Of a stretch of DNA of 64,000 bases, positions 1-9,041 are shown one piece after another. The notes beneath the pieces are model-generated. The model was not told the DNA's origin and did no database searches. It was given only the letters and a program-made list of their open reading frames with translations. Within the stretch, counting starts at the first letter, position 1. Every line of letters begins with the position of its first letter. Made by a program: the position numbers and the translations under genes. The DNA comes from a virus: positions 23,309 to 87,308 of IMG/VR virus record IMGVR_UViG_3300034137_000032. One strand, written 5' to 3'.

Positions 1-53
1 AGCAGCGCGAAAGCCTTATCGAGGTCGCGAAATTCTTTTTCGTTTACAGGCAT
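1..53 (-). CDS. 5' end of a gene truncated by the window edge (MPVNEKEFRDLDKAFALL...)
   Basis: ATG at 53, frame open to the edge, downstream of a late-promoter motif at 130-172. Confidence 0.55.
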   Translation of the reverse strand, partial: MPVNEKEFRDLDKAFAL

Positions 54-129
54 ATACGTGACATCTCGCGCGAAAGGCTGCCGACTGGCGGGCAGGGGGC
101 TGGGTTGTTTTGGGGTGCTTTCGAGAGTG

Positions 130-172
130 ATTTTGGGGGCGCCGAAACAGGGTTCGGCGCGGGTGTTTCCGA
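130..172 (-). promoter_or_regulatory. putative late promoter
   Basis: atcGGAAA (170-166) -N30- CAAAAT (135-130); motif repeated 12 times. Confidence 0.6.
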
Positions 173-175
173 TGG

Positions 176-434
176 TCAGAACCGACGTCGGCCGGTGACC
201 TTGATCAGCACCGCCAGGTGCTCGATGATCGCGTGCTGCAGCTTGAATTCGTTCTCGCGACCCTTCTTGAAATCCTCGTAGGCCTTCGAGCCGAAGTGCG
301 CCAGGGCGTCACTCGGGGTCACTTGGCCCGCCACGTTCCATTGTTGGTTGTCGTGTTTGATCAGGTCCGTCTTCAGGTTCTGGTGCGACGCCAAGAATTC
401 GGAGCGTGGTATCAGTGATGATGGAACCACTGAG
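176..434 (-). CDS. probable +1 frameshift extension (GT-type) of the tail assembly chaperone
   Basis: Protein-like +1 frame (EFLASHQNLKTDL...RENEFKLQHAII) overlapping the 3' end of 309-1142; candidate shift site CGC-TTT-CTC at 440-432. Confidence 0.5.
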
Positions 435-1142
435 AAAGCGCGCGGCAGACTGCCCCGGCACCTCCGGGGCCGGATCGAACGCAATGCCGTTGTCATGGAA
501 GCTCAGACGTAGCAGGTGGTCCTGCTGCTTGACCCCCTGCCAGAACATCATGAACAGCGGGCCGAAGGCGCTATCACCGATCCGCGCAAACTGTTGCGCC
601 CGGCGCAGGACGTACTCCTCGTACTTGGCCTCGGGCCAGGTCGTGGTGTCTTCATCCTTGTCGCGCACGAGCATGCAAGCCATAGCTCCCAGGAACCACC
701 CCATGCGCCCTTGGTGCAGCTGGCCACCGTCGATTAGGCGCTCGATACATTCGGAGCCGCGGCCGAGCAGGGGCTGCAGAAACCAGTGATCCCCCTCGTA
801 AACGCCCAGGTCCAGCACGGTATGGTGATCCACGCCTTCGAGCAGGTAGTCGGTGAAGCTGTTCTCGGTACCGACGCGGAAATTCGGGTTGCCCGGCTCG
901 GCCGTGTGCATCAGGTAGTGCGCGATCACCATGGCGCGCTCCTGGACCGTCCACAGCTGGGGATCGGTAACCTGGCCATCCTTGAGGTCGTCGAGTGGCT
1001 CGACGATGCGCCGCAGCGCCTCGGTGCAACAATGCTCCTCCAAGTGCGCCGGTAGGCTGCACATATAGATAGCGTCGTCGATGGTCAATTCGCGGAGCTG
1101 CACCGTTAGCCGGTGCGTGTTAAGGCGAGAGAAAGCGATCAT
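309..1142 (-). CDS. pmgB: P1 PmgB-like morphogenetic protein / tail assembly chaperone
   Basis: 277 aa; pmgC-tub-pmgB order as in P1; has its own late promoter. Confidence 0.55.
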   Translation of the reverse strand: MIAFSRLNTHRLTVQLRELTIDDAIYMCSLPAHLEEHCCTEALRRIVEPLDDLKDGQVTDPQLWTVQERAMVIAHYLMHTAEPGNPNFRVGTENSFTDYLLEGVDHHTVLDLGVYEGDHWFLQPLLGRGSECIERLIDGGQLHQGRMGWFLGAMACMLVRDKDEDTTTWPEAKYEEYVLRRAQQFARIGDSAFGPLFMMFWQGVKQQDHLLRLSFHDNGIAFDPAPEVPGQSAARFLSGSIITDTTLRILGVAPEPEDGPDQTRQPTMERGGPSDPE

Positions 1143-1172
1143 GCAGGCATGCCCTATTGTTTCAGTGCAGCC

Positions 1173-1213
1173 ATGCTAGGGATGCCCCGGCCCGGTAAAT
1201 CCGGGGGTTTCCC
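1173..1213 (-). promoter_or_regulatory. putative late promoter
   Basis: GGAAA (1212-1208) -N29- TAGCAT (1178-1173). Confidence 0.65.
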
Positions 1214-1217
1214 AAGG

Positions 1218-1892
1218 TCAAACGATGTTGGTGCATGGGTCAAACTGGCGGAATGAAAGCTCGATTTCCTGCAGGCCGTCCTGATCACGGGCATTGGTGT
1301 ACTCGGCACTGATCAGCTGGACGATCGCGTTATCAATGTGTGCGCCCCCTGAGTTTTCTGCGTCGGTACCGATAAAGCCATGGGTCAGCGTCAGGCGTAG
1401 CAGGTAGCTCAGGGGCAGCCCGTAGGTGCCGTCACCGGGTGCCATCTTCAGCTTGAGGTTGGCCGCCCAGCCCTTGATCGATCCGCCCAGGTCGTCGAAC
1501 GTGGTTACGTGGTACTCCTTGGGCGCCATATTCCCGGGCTTGGCAAACGATGTCGCACCGACCTCGACCGACTCGGCGCCAAAGCTCAATGCCGTGGTCT
1601 GCACCCCCTTGGCGAACAGATTCACCGTAGGGGCGATCCCGGTTTTGACGTTGGTGATGTTCAGGTGCCACAGGTTGGACTTTGCGAAGCTCAGGCCGTA
1701 TTGCGACTGCCAAAGCTGCTTGGCCTTCGCCAGCGACACGCCGCCCATTAGGGCCTTGTCACCTGCCGTTACCTGCGAAGCGAACACCGTGCTGAAGGCG
1801 TCGCCGACGATCGCGGTCACCATAGAGGTGCCCGAAATCGACGATACCGAACTCTTTGCGGCCTGGACTAAGGTGCTGTCTAGCAGGCTCAT
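1218..1892 (-). CDS. tub: tail tube-fold / baseplate tube initiator (P1 Tub-like)
   Basis: 224 aa with a tube-like beta pattern ending QEIELSFRQFD; P1 synteny. Confidence 0.55.
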   Translation of the reverse strand: MSLLDSTLVQAAKSSVSSISGTSMVTAIVGDAFSTVFASQVTAGDKALMGGVSLAKAKQLWQSQYGLSFAKSNLWHLNITNVKTGIAPTVNLFAKGVQTTALSFGAESVEVGATSFAKPGNMAPKEYHVTTFDDLGGSIKGWAANLKLKMAPGDGTYGLPLSYLLRLTLTHGFIGTDAENSGGAHIDNAIVQLISAEYTNARDQDGLQEIELSFRQFDPCTNIV

Positions 1893-2407
1893 ATCGTGTA
1901 GACCTCCTCAAACCACGCCTTGCCCTCGACATTTTCTTCCGCCAGGGTGATATCGGACTGGATCTCGCTGGGCTCGCGTCCCCAGGCCTCGTGCCCGTTC
2001 GCGCGCGATACCTGGATAGCCTGGGCGTTCTCCCATTCGCAATACAGCCGAAACAACGGCTCGATGATCGAGTGCTCGCTGGGGGTTAAATCGAAGTCCT
2101 GGTCGTCCGTGACCGTGTTGTCAGCGCTGATCGTCGTGTGCACGTCCTTGCCCGCGACCGCATTGGCGCGAAGCCAGTAAGCAGCCGCGGTATCGCCCAG
2201 GCGATACTCGCCCCGGGGTGCCGTGAGCGGGTCAACCGGGAGCGCTGCCAAGGCGACGTCGGCCGCCGACGGGGAGTTGGCCAGGGTGGCGAAACCGCAG
2301 TAGTACCGAACGGCCTTCTTGAGGTTTCGTGTGACCTGCTCCTCGTCGAGGACGATCCCGAGCGGCAGCGCACCGAAATACGCTGTGACCACTGCTGACA
2401 GGAGCAT
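1889..2407 (-). CDS. pmgC: head-to-neck adaptor (P1 PmgC-like)
   Basis: 172 aa; DEEQVTRNLKKAVRYY resembles the P1 PmgC N-terminus; synteny. Confidence 0.5.
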   Translation of the reverse strand: MLLSAVVTAYFGALPLGIVLDEEQVTRNLKKAVRYYCGFATLANSPSAADVALAALPVDPLTAPRGEYRLGDTAAAYWLRANAVAGKDVHTTISADNTVTDDQDFDLTPSEHSIIEPLFRLYCEWENAQAIQVSRANGHEAWGREPSEIQSDITLAEENVEGKAWFEEVYTI

Positions 2408-2901
2408 TAGGCCGCCGTCTTGTAGCCAAAGAAGTGATAGAACAGGTCGCCGCTGAAGGTGAGGATCTGCGAGCGGTTTTCCCAGTCACGATCCGGGTTT
2501 TCCAGCACAAGGAAGCAGCCGTACAGAGGCGCTGCTCGGGTGTAGCTGTCTTTGGTGCCTTGGTACACGGTGGCGTCGAACGTGCCGCCATTGGCCAGGA
2601 TTTCCACCAGCATGTCGCCCGCGGTGTTGTTGACGGTCTCGAAAATCGATACCGGCGACTGCGCCCAGGTCTTGCCCTGTTGCGGCTGCAGCATCATGGT
2701 GCCCAGCAACCCCGGGATCTCGATCTCGCCTGCAGGCGTGATCAGAGGCCAGGGGAATTGTTTGATCAGCAGGCTCTGATCTTCATAGCCTTTGATCACG
2801 AACTGGGCGTCGGAGCTGACGGCCTTATCACCCAGCGCTCGCGTGGTGTTGAAGGTCGTCTGTAGAACTTTTGCAGAAGAGACAGTCATCTCAGGCCTCA
2901 A
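2407..2901 (-). CDS. bplB: tail tube protein (P1 BplB-like)
   Basis: GDKAVSSDAQFVIKGYEDQSLLIK resembles P1 BplB; follows pmgG. Confidence 0.75.
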   Translation of the reverse strand: MRPEMTVSSAKVLQTTFNTTRALGDKAVSSDAQFVIKGYEDQSLLIKQFPWPLITPAGEIEIPGLLGTMMLQPQQGKTWAQSPVSIFETVNNTAGDMLVEILANGGTFDATVYQGTKDSYTRAAPLYGCFLVLENPDRDWENRSQILTFSGDLFYHFFGYKTAA

Positions 2902-3833
2902 ATGAACATTTTGGGTACGTCGTTGCGGTCAAGGGCCGTGAGCGTGGACAGGGTCAACTGCACCGCGCGATAGATCCACTTGCCAGATGAATCGATAGGC
3001 CCATCCAGAGGGTGGGAAATCGACTCGATCACCAAGGGGTAGTAGTTGTTGATGCCATACTTCAGGCCCACCATCAGGGGGGCGGTACTGGGGAACATGG
3101 CTTTAACCATGTTGGCGGCGCTCGATCCCGAGGAGGCAATCACCTCGGTCAAAATGCCGTCTTTAGCCAGGTTCTGCGGTAGGAGCCAACTTAACAGGCG
3201 GCGATACGGCACCATGATCTCGGTTTCCGGATCGAGCATTGCGCGGAAATGGAGCGTGATCGGGATCTTGATCGGAGGCATGCCCGAGAACACTTGACGG
3301 CTGTTGAGCTTGGTAATGCCCGTCCGGCCTTCCAGATCCTTGGCCACGTTTTTCGCGGTCTCGGCAGCGCTGGCGCTCGTGCTGTTGCTGGCCAGCGAAG
3401 GGAAGGCAGCCTGCAGGGCGTTCACCACAGTCGCGGCCTGGCCGGACTGCAGCAACGCCATAAGAGCGGGTGCCTTCGATTCAGGGCCAGCGTTTTCAAA
3501 CGGCGATTGCCAGTTGAGCGACGCTTCGAACGTGGCGTCAGTGATCGGCCCCATGACAAAGTTCGGCTCAGAATCAAGCTGCTTGCCATCGGCATCACAG
3601 GCGTAGAGCTGGGCGATCAGGTAGGTGGACATCTTCCCCCAGGAGGATGCCGCCGAACTGGCCGCCAGCACGCCGCCCAGCAAACCCACAGCAGTACCGG
3701 CCAACGTCCCGGAGTCTGCTACAGACCCCAGCGCGGTGCTGATAATGCTGGTTGAGCCGCTCGACTGAATCTCGGCCGCAACGATGTCGCTGCCACCAGT
3801 GATGGACGACGAGACTGAGTCGAACAGGCTCAT
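2898..3833 (-). CDS. pmgG: baseplate/tube initiator (P1 PmgG-like)
   Basis: LNWQSPF, NSRQVFSGMPP and LDGPIDSSG motifs resemble P1 PmgG. Confidence 0.75.
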   Translation of the reverse strand: MSLFDSVSSSITGGSDIVAAEIQSSGSTSIISTALGSVADSGTLAGTAVGLLGGVLAASSAASSWGKMSTYLIAQLYACDADGKQLDSEPNFVMGPITDATFEASLNWQSPFENAGPESKAPALMALLQSGQAATVVNALQAAFPSLASNSTSASAAETAKNVAKDLEGRTGITKLNSRQVFSGMPPIKIPITLHFRAMLDPETEIMVPYRRLLSWLLPQNLAKDGILTEVIASSGSSAANMVKAMFPSTAPLMVGLKYGINNYYPLVIESISHPLDGPIDSSGKWIYRAVQLTLSTLTALDRNDVPKMFI

Positions 3834-3836
3834 GGC

Positions 3837-4568
3837 TTAGGCGATCCGACGCGCGATTTTCATCGACTTGAGACGGCGCTTTGTGGCGCCAGCCGAGTGC
3901 GACCGCAGCATGGCTTTTTTCAACGACACTTTCTGCGCAGCGGACAGGCGAACCTTGCCTGAGATGCGCTTATTAATGTGCGTGATCTTGCCGCCACGAA
4001 CAGCCTTGATGCGCTTATAGGTCGCGTCCAGCGCTTCCACGCTGCCGTCACCGAAAGCGAAGTCGTCGATGCTCTGCGCTGCAGCTTCGTCGCCGTCCGG
4101 CAGGCCGCCCGCGACCAGCTCCATGACGCGATCGGCCGCCTCGCCGTCTTCGCTCTCAAACATTGCCGACAGGTCGTCATCCGAGGCGCCCAGACTGGAC
4201 AAGTAGTCCCAGGCCTGGTCGCACAGAATGGCCACGGTCTCGGCTTCGTCATCGGTGATTTCGCCGTCCATGTTCTCGTCGGCCACGCCGCAGAACATGC
4301 CCAGCAGACGGTTGAGATTGGTCTCGCCTACTTCCAGGTCGTCGGTTTCGGCCCATTGCTGGACGATCGCGGCGGCGCGCAGGGCAAGGTCAGTGACCGC
4401 GAAGTCAGCCGCAGGGCCGCCCTCGTCGTCATTGACGCCGTCCAGCACGTCTTTTACTGGGGCGTTTAGTTTAGGGTCGGCCGATGCCTGGGAAGGCGGC
4501 TTGACCTTCGGAGCCGCCGCCGAAGCGGCGGCCCCCGAACCCACAAGGTTACGAATAAAGTCGCTCAT
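3837..4568 (-). CDS. P1 gp21-like protein (acidic body, basic C-terminus, prohead-core-like)
   Basis: C-terminal AVRGGK...RLSAAQKVSLKKA...RRLKSMK as in P1 gp21. Confidence 0.75.
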   Translation of the reverse strand: MSDFIRNLVGSGAAASAAAPKVKPPSQASADPKLNAPVKDVLDGVNDDEGGPAADFAVTDLALRAAAIVQQWAETDDLEVGETNLNRLLGMFCGVADENMDGEITDDEAETVAILCDQAWDYLSSLGASDDDLSAMFESEDGEAADRVMELVAGGLPDGDEAAAQSIDDFAFGDGSVEALDATYKRIKAVRGGKITHINKRISGKVRLSAAQKVSLKKAMLRSHSAGATKRRLKSMKIARRIA

Positions 4569-4580
4569 TTAGGGTTTTCC

Positions 4581-6197
4581 TTACGTCGTGCGGACGATGC
4601 TCTGCGTGGAGAAAACCGCTCGCGTCGTGCCGTCGTATGCAACCGAATAGGTATTCGTGAAGGCGTCGATGCGGTTGGTATTCCGGGTGCAGGTGAAGAT
4701 GTACGAGCGGCCGCCCAGCTCTTGGGTGGCGTTGGTCCAGCCCGCGGTTTCCGCTGCGGTGAGCAGCGTGTCGGCGTAATCGACCATCTTCTCGATCGCC
4801 TTGGCGATCGGCATCTGGATGACTTCGTTACCGAACGCGGCAAGCTGGTCATCGATCCAGGTGGCCATGTCTACGACGGCTTCGAGCTTGGTGAGCCCAG
4901 TCGTCTTTTTCATGGTCAGCGAGTCGGTGAACACGTAGCTGGAACCGGCCGAATACTTCTTGAGCACCACCGGGTTGATCTTCGCGTCGGCCAGCTTCGA
5001 AAGTTCCGAATCGGTCGGCGTGTACTTCTGCACGACGCCAGTACGCGAAATCGGGTAGTTCACGCCTGCGATCGGGTAGTTTTTGGCTGCCAGACCGTTG
5101 GCGTCCTGGTTCGCGTTCCGCGCACAGGCATAGCCGACCTTGATACCGGACGTGCCCAAGTACGCTTTGCCACCGTTGACTGGGTCGGTCGCGATCAGCG
5201 GCGCCCACTGCAACATGCCGTAAATCGTGTCCTGGTTCAGCGAGCTGGCCCAGGTGATGGCCTCGGTCGGCGTGTAGCGGCCGGGAACGTCCACGCGGAA
5301 CTGGCGGTTGGTGGCCAGGCACATGGTCGCCATCTTCGCGATTAGCGTCAGGTTTTCGGAACCGCCCGAGAGCAGGTATTCCCAGTCATATGCGGAGTAG
5401 CGCAGCTGGTTGATCGCCGATGTGTAGTCCGACGATAGATACGTGGTGCCGCCTTCGGTGAAATACGACAGATCGGCGGCAACCAACTGCGCCGCACCGT
5501 CATCGTCCTCGCCATAGCAATCTGATGTGATCGGGATCGTCAGGGTGCTGCCGACTTCGATCTCGACAGCGTCCGTCAGGCCCGTGACGACATCTGGCAG
5601 GTAGTAGCTGTTGCCATAGTCATCGACGGCGGTTTCATCCAGGGAACCGGTGAACGTGTACAGCTCCTCGCCGGTGGATACGTCGAGCAGGCGCACGCGA
5701 ATGATCTGGGTTGCAACCGAGTTGCCATCGTCGTCCGTGACTTCCGGCGCCCAAATTTCGGCCGTGACGCCGTCGTTGAAGCATTCCAGGTGAGTGATCG
5801 CTAGCAGGTAACCGCTTGGCAGCGTGTCCGGTACCGACCACGTCACCGCGCCGGTGGTGCTGTCGAGTACGGCAACCATCTGCAGGTTCACAGCCGACGC
5901 CACTGGCACCATACGCGCGACAGTGCCCGAGGCAGCACCATACGAAAACGCTTCGTAGGCCTGCACATAGGCTTCATTCAAGCGGCTGATCGAGGTCGAG
6001 GCCGTTGCGCCCAGCTTGGTCGCCAGGTTGTCGCTGGTGACTTGGAACGCCTTGTCGATGCGTCCACGCGTGAAGCGACCGGCCAGCGCGAATACCTGGT
6101 CGTTGTTGCTCTCAACGAACCCGCCCGAGTTGTCCTGGATCTGGTTCATCTGGTAGCCGGGCTGCGAACCCAGGCTACGCGTAAAAGTCGTCGTCAT
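4581..6197 (-). CDS. contractile tail sheath protein (P1 gp22-like)
   Basis: 538 aa; GRFTRGRIDK near the N-terminus, LADAKINPV...DSLT near the C-terminus. Confidence 0.85.
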   Translation of the reverse strand: MTTTFTRSLGSQPGYQMNQIQDNSGGFVESNNDQVFALAGRFTRGRIDKAFQVTSDNLATKLGATASTSISRLNEAYVQAYEAFSYGAASGTVARMVPVASAVNLQMVAVLDSTTGAVTWSVPDTLPSGYLLAITHLECFNDGVTAEIWAPEVTDDDGNSVATQIIRVRLLDVSTGEELYTFTGSLDETAVDDYGNSYYLPDVVTGLTDAVEIEVGSTLTIPITSDCYGEDDDGAAQLVAADLSYFTEGGTTYLSSDYTSAINQLRYSAYDWEYLLSGGSENLTLIAKMATMCLATNRQFRVDVPGRYTPTEAITWASSLNQDTIYGMLQWAPLIATDPVNGGKAYLGTSGIKVGYACARNANQDANGLAAKNYPIAGVNYPISRTGVVQKYTPTDSELSKLADAKINPVVLKKYSAGSSYVFTDSLTMKKTTGLTKLEAVVDMATWIDDQLAAFGNEVIQMPIAKAIEKMVDYADTLLTAAETAGWTNATQELGGRSYIFTCTRNTNRIDAFTNTYSVAYDGTTRAVFSTQSIVRTT

Positions 6198-6574
6198 TCA
6201 GCAGCTCCTGCGGCCGTGTCGGTCGAATCCGTCGCTTCCGTTGCCACCTCGGCCGCGGCTGCGGTGGTCGAGGCGATGGCCGTTTCTTCGCCATACGTGA
6301 CCGTCGCCAGCAGCTCGTCGCCGCCGACGCTCGCGAAGTGCGTCAGGTCTTGCAGGGCGTTGTAGAGGTCGTCACGGCGACGGAACTGCAGCTCGGCCGA
6401 CTCGCCCCCATACAGGTGCGCGTGGGTACGAACGGCATTTACCAGCACCGGACGTTTCTTGCGTTTGTTCGTGAACTTCACGCGAAGGGGAAACACGGCA
6501 TCGGAACCGATCAGCTCCTGGACCTTGGCGGCCAGGTTGTCCGCGTCGGCCTTGCCAATGGTGATCGTCGTCAT
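6194..6574 (-). CDS. hypothetical virion-associated protein
   Basis: 126 aa, translationally coupled in the capsid-sheath operon. Confidence 0.6.
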   Translation of the reverse strand: MTTITIGKADADNLAAKVQELIGSDAVFPLRVKFTNKRKKRPVLVNAVRTHAHLYGGESAELQFRRRDDLYNALQDLTHFASVGGDELLATVTYGEETAIASTTAAAAEVATEATDSTDTAAGAAE

Positions 6575-7206
6575 TGCACTACCTCGACCGTGATCACCTG
6601 CCCTGTCATGGCCTGCTTTTCGCTGGCCAGGTGGAGCAGGCTTTTATATTTCGCTTCGGTCATTGCCTCGACCGTCACCGACTCCCCAGGTGCGAGCACC
6701 TTGCCGGTCTGCGGCAGGGGCTGTTTTGCGGGGGTGGCGTTGGTGACTTTCACCGTTACGGGAAAGGTTACGGCCGCCTCGTTGGCGTCCTCGTCGGTGG
6801 TTTCCGACGCGGTATCCGCGACCGTTTCAGCTGCCGTTTCCGGGGTCTCGGTCACTGCTGCAGCTGCAGCGGTTGCCGTCGCCTTGGAGGTGCGTTTTTT
6901 CGTGGCAGTGGTAATCGCCTCGGCCGCAGCTGCATCAGCTGCCGTGGTGTCGGCAGCTTCCGTAGCGGTGTCGGCCGTGGCCGTCATGGTGATTTCGGTG
7001 GCGGCAGCCGTGTCCGTCGCGGCCGTGTCGGCTGCGGTGGTGTCGGTCGTCGGGGTTTCGGTGGTTTCTGCAGCGGTGGACGTAGCCGTTTCGGTCGTCA
7101 CAGCTTCCGAGGCAGTTGCCTCGGTCGCAGTGCTCGCCGTGGTGGCCTCGGTGGTGGCCGTGGCCACCTCCGATACGTCCGCTGCCACGTCAGTGGCTTC
7201 GGCCAT
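6571..7206 (-). CDS. Ala/Thr/Glu-rich low-complexity protein with a small C-terminal domain
   Basis: 211 aa directly after the major capsid gene. Confidence 0.7.
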   Translation of the reverse strand: MAEATDVAADVSEVATATTEATTASTATEATASEAVTTETATSTAAETTETPTTDTTAADTAATDTAAATEITMTATADTATEAADTTAADAAAAEAITTATKKRTSKATATAAAAAVTETPETAAETVADTASETTDEDANEAAVTFPVTVKVTNATPAKQPLPQTGKVLAPGESVTVEAMTEAKYKSLLHLASEKQAMTGQVITVEVVQ

Positions 7207-7216
7207 AGGTCACCCC

Positions 7217-8887
7217 TTACTCGCTGGCGAACATATTGGTGACCGTGATCAGCGCCGCGCCCAGGGCAGACGGCGTGTGCGGGTTCACCTGCGTGAAGTT
7301 GCGGGCGTACAGCGCGTTCTGTTCCTTCAGGTCGCTGTTAAACGCCAGGCGCAGCACCGTGACCGGCACGGCGTCGCCGAATACGATCGGGTTACGAGCA
7401 ACCTGCGAGGACTTGCCGACCATCAGGATGGTGGCGCTGGTGGACGTCTCCGAAACGACCTTAGGCGAGTAGTAAACCTCGTACAGGTTGAACAGACGGC
7501 CCAGGCGATAGATGCTCGGGCGAGGCGCCAGGCCGGACGGCACGAACAGCTCGGTCGGTAGGGATGGCAGCTGTGCAGCGATCGATTTCGGCACGTACAG
7601 GTGCGTACCGCCGTGATCCATCGTGTCGTTGGCCATCGTCTGCGAGCAGATACCCAGGATCGTGGCGAAGTCCTGCCAGATTTGGGCACGCGTTTTCTGC
7701 GCGATCTGCGTCGAGTAGTCGAAGTCGAACGTTTCCTGGTTGTTCACCGCGACCGACATCGCCTTGCGCAACGCCAGGTAGTGACGTTCGTTCGCCGCCT
7801 GGTTCCGCATAGCAATGAGCGACTCGGCGCCCAAGTCCATGCCGATTTCGTTGTTGTACTGCGTCTTGGTGTCGTAGGTCGTTGCGACCAGACCACGCCA
7901 GGCGCTTGCATACAGCTTGTACGTCTGCACTTCGGTGATCAGGTTCGGCGTCAGCGACGTGTTGGCTTCCAAGTCGATGAAGCCTTCGGCCTCGACGACG
8001 GTGCCGACCGGCAGAGCCGAGCTGAAGGCCAGCGACAGGGCGCCAGTCGAACGGGTGATCGTGCCGGTGATGGTGTATTCCACACCGCTCATCGTGATCG
8101 AGCCGGTGATCGGGCTGTTCGTGACGGTCGAGGAGACGTCGATGCTTTCCTTACCGGCGAACAGACCGTTGATGAACACCTGGGTGCGGCCGCGCAGCAG
8201 CGGGGCAGCAGTGGTGCCATCGGTGGTGAACGTAGCGGTGGCCGTGGTGCGATCGGCGCCCAGCGTCGTCGTCATGCGGCGCTCAGACGACAGGTACGAT
8301 TCGCCGGAGTTGGTGCCGTCCAGCAGGTCGCCGCTGGAATAGCCGCCGTAGGTCGAGCCAGCCTGGTGGCTGACGATGCCGAGCAGCGATTCGTTGGAAC
8401 CGATGTCGGCAGGCAGGTAAACGGCCCACGGACAGGCTTCAGCGATGGCCTGGGTGACGGCCACAACGATGCGGTTAGGCTGCGAAGCGCCTTCGTCGGA
8501 GTGCGCGCTGTTGCCCACGCCGTCGAGGATCTCGCGAGGATTCATCGCGGCGGCGATGCCCTGGTGAATAGCGGAATCCATCACGTCGGCGGTCGGCAGG
8601 TGGCCGTGCGCAACTTCGAATTCCTTCATACCGGCCATAACGGAGTCGAGCACGGTGGCGTGCAGCTCTTCCGGAACGGAGCCGAACAGTTTTTCGAGGC
8701 GGGCTGGCAGTTTGACGGATTCGTCGCTGCCGCTGGCGTTGGCGCTATCCAGGATGTCGCGGTTATGCGCCTGGCTCTTTACAGAGTCGAGGACGCCCGT
8801 GACGCCGCGGTTTGCTTCGTAGTGGCCGTGATAGAAGTCTTCGACCTTATTCAGCCCGCTACCGGGGGTGTAAATTGCTTTCGACAT
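7217..8887 (-). CDS. major capsid protein (P1 gp23-like)
   Basis: About 556 aa from ATG 8887 (MSKAIY); P1-like size, position and C-terminal motifs. Confidence 0.85.
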   Translation of the reverse strand: MSKAIYTPGSGLNKVEDFYHGHYEANRGVTGVLDSVKSQAHNRDILDSANASGSDESVKLPARLEKLFGSVPEELHATVLDSVMAGMKEFEVAHGHLPTADVMDSAIHQGIAAAMNPREILDGVGNSAHSDEGASQPNRIVVAVTQAIAEACPWAVYLPADIGSNESLLGIVSHQAGSTYGGYSSGDLLDGTNSGESYLSSERRMTTTLGADRTTATATFTTDGTTAAPLLRGRTQVFINGLFAGKESIDVSSTVTNSPITGSITMSGVEYTITGTITRSTGALSLAFSSALPVGTVVEAEGFIDLEANTSLTPNLITEVQTYKLYASAWRGLVATTYDTKTQYNNEIGMDLGAESLIAMRNQAANERHYLALRKAMSVAVNNQETFDFDYSTQIAQKTRAQIWQDFATILGICSQTMANDTMDHGGTHLYVPKSIAAQLPSLPTELFVPSGLAPRPSIYRLGRLFNLYEVYYSPKVVSETSTSATILMVGKSSQVARNPIVFGDAVPVTVLRLAFNSDLKEQNALYARNFTQVNPHTPSALGAALITVTNMFASE

Positions 8888-8936
8888 CGATAGTCTCTTT
8901 CTGAGGAAAGCCCACAGCGGGCTTGTATCGATGCCC

Positions 8937-8977
8937 ATCCTAAGTTCCAGAAAACCCTCGAAAATCCAGGCTTTCCC
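8937..8977 (-). promoter_or_regulatory. putative late promoter of the capsid/tail operon
   Basis: GGAAA (8976-8972) -N29- TAGGAT (8942-8937). Confidence 0.7.
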
Positions 8978-8992
8978 AAGCCCAGCGCGCAC

Positions 8993-9017
8993 AAAAAAGC
9001 CGACACGGAGTCGGCTT
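8993..9017 (-). terminator. intrinsic terminator of the dar operon
   Basis: AAGCCGAC/GTCGGCTT stem followed by a U-run on the minus strand. Confidence 0.75.
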
Positions 9018-9041
9018 CAAAATGAGGAGTAACTGGCAAGG

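Noticed and set aside
6338-8893. Long plus-strand ORFs (407 aa, 430 aa) and similar ones at 14448, 38144, 41795 and 47273
   Set aside because: Antisense shadows of GC-rich minus-strand genes; no RBS or recognisable domains
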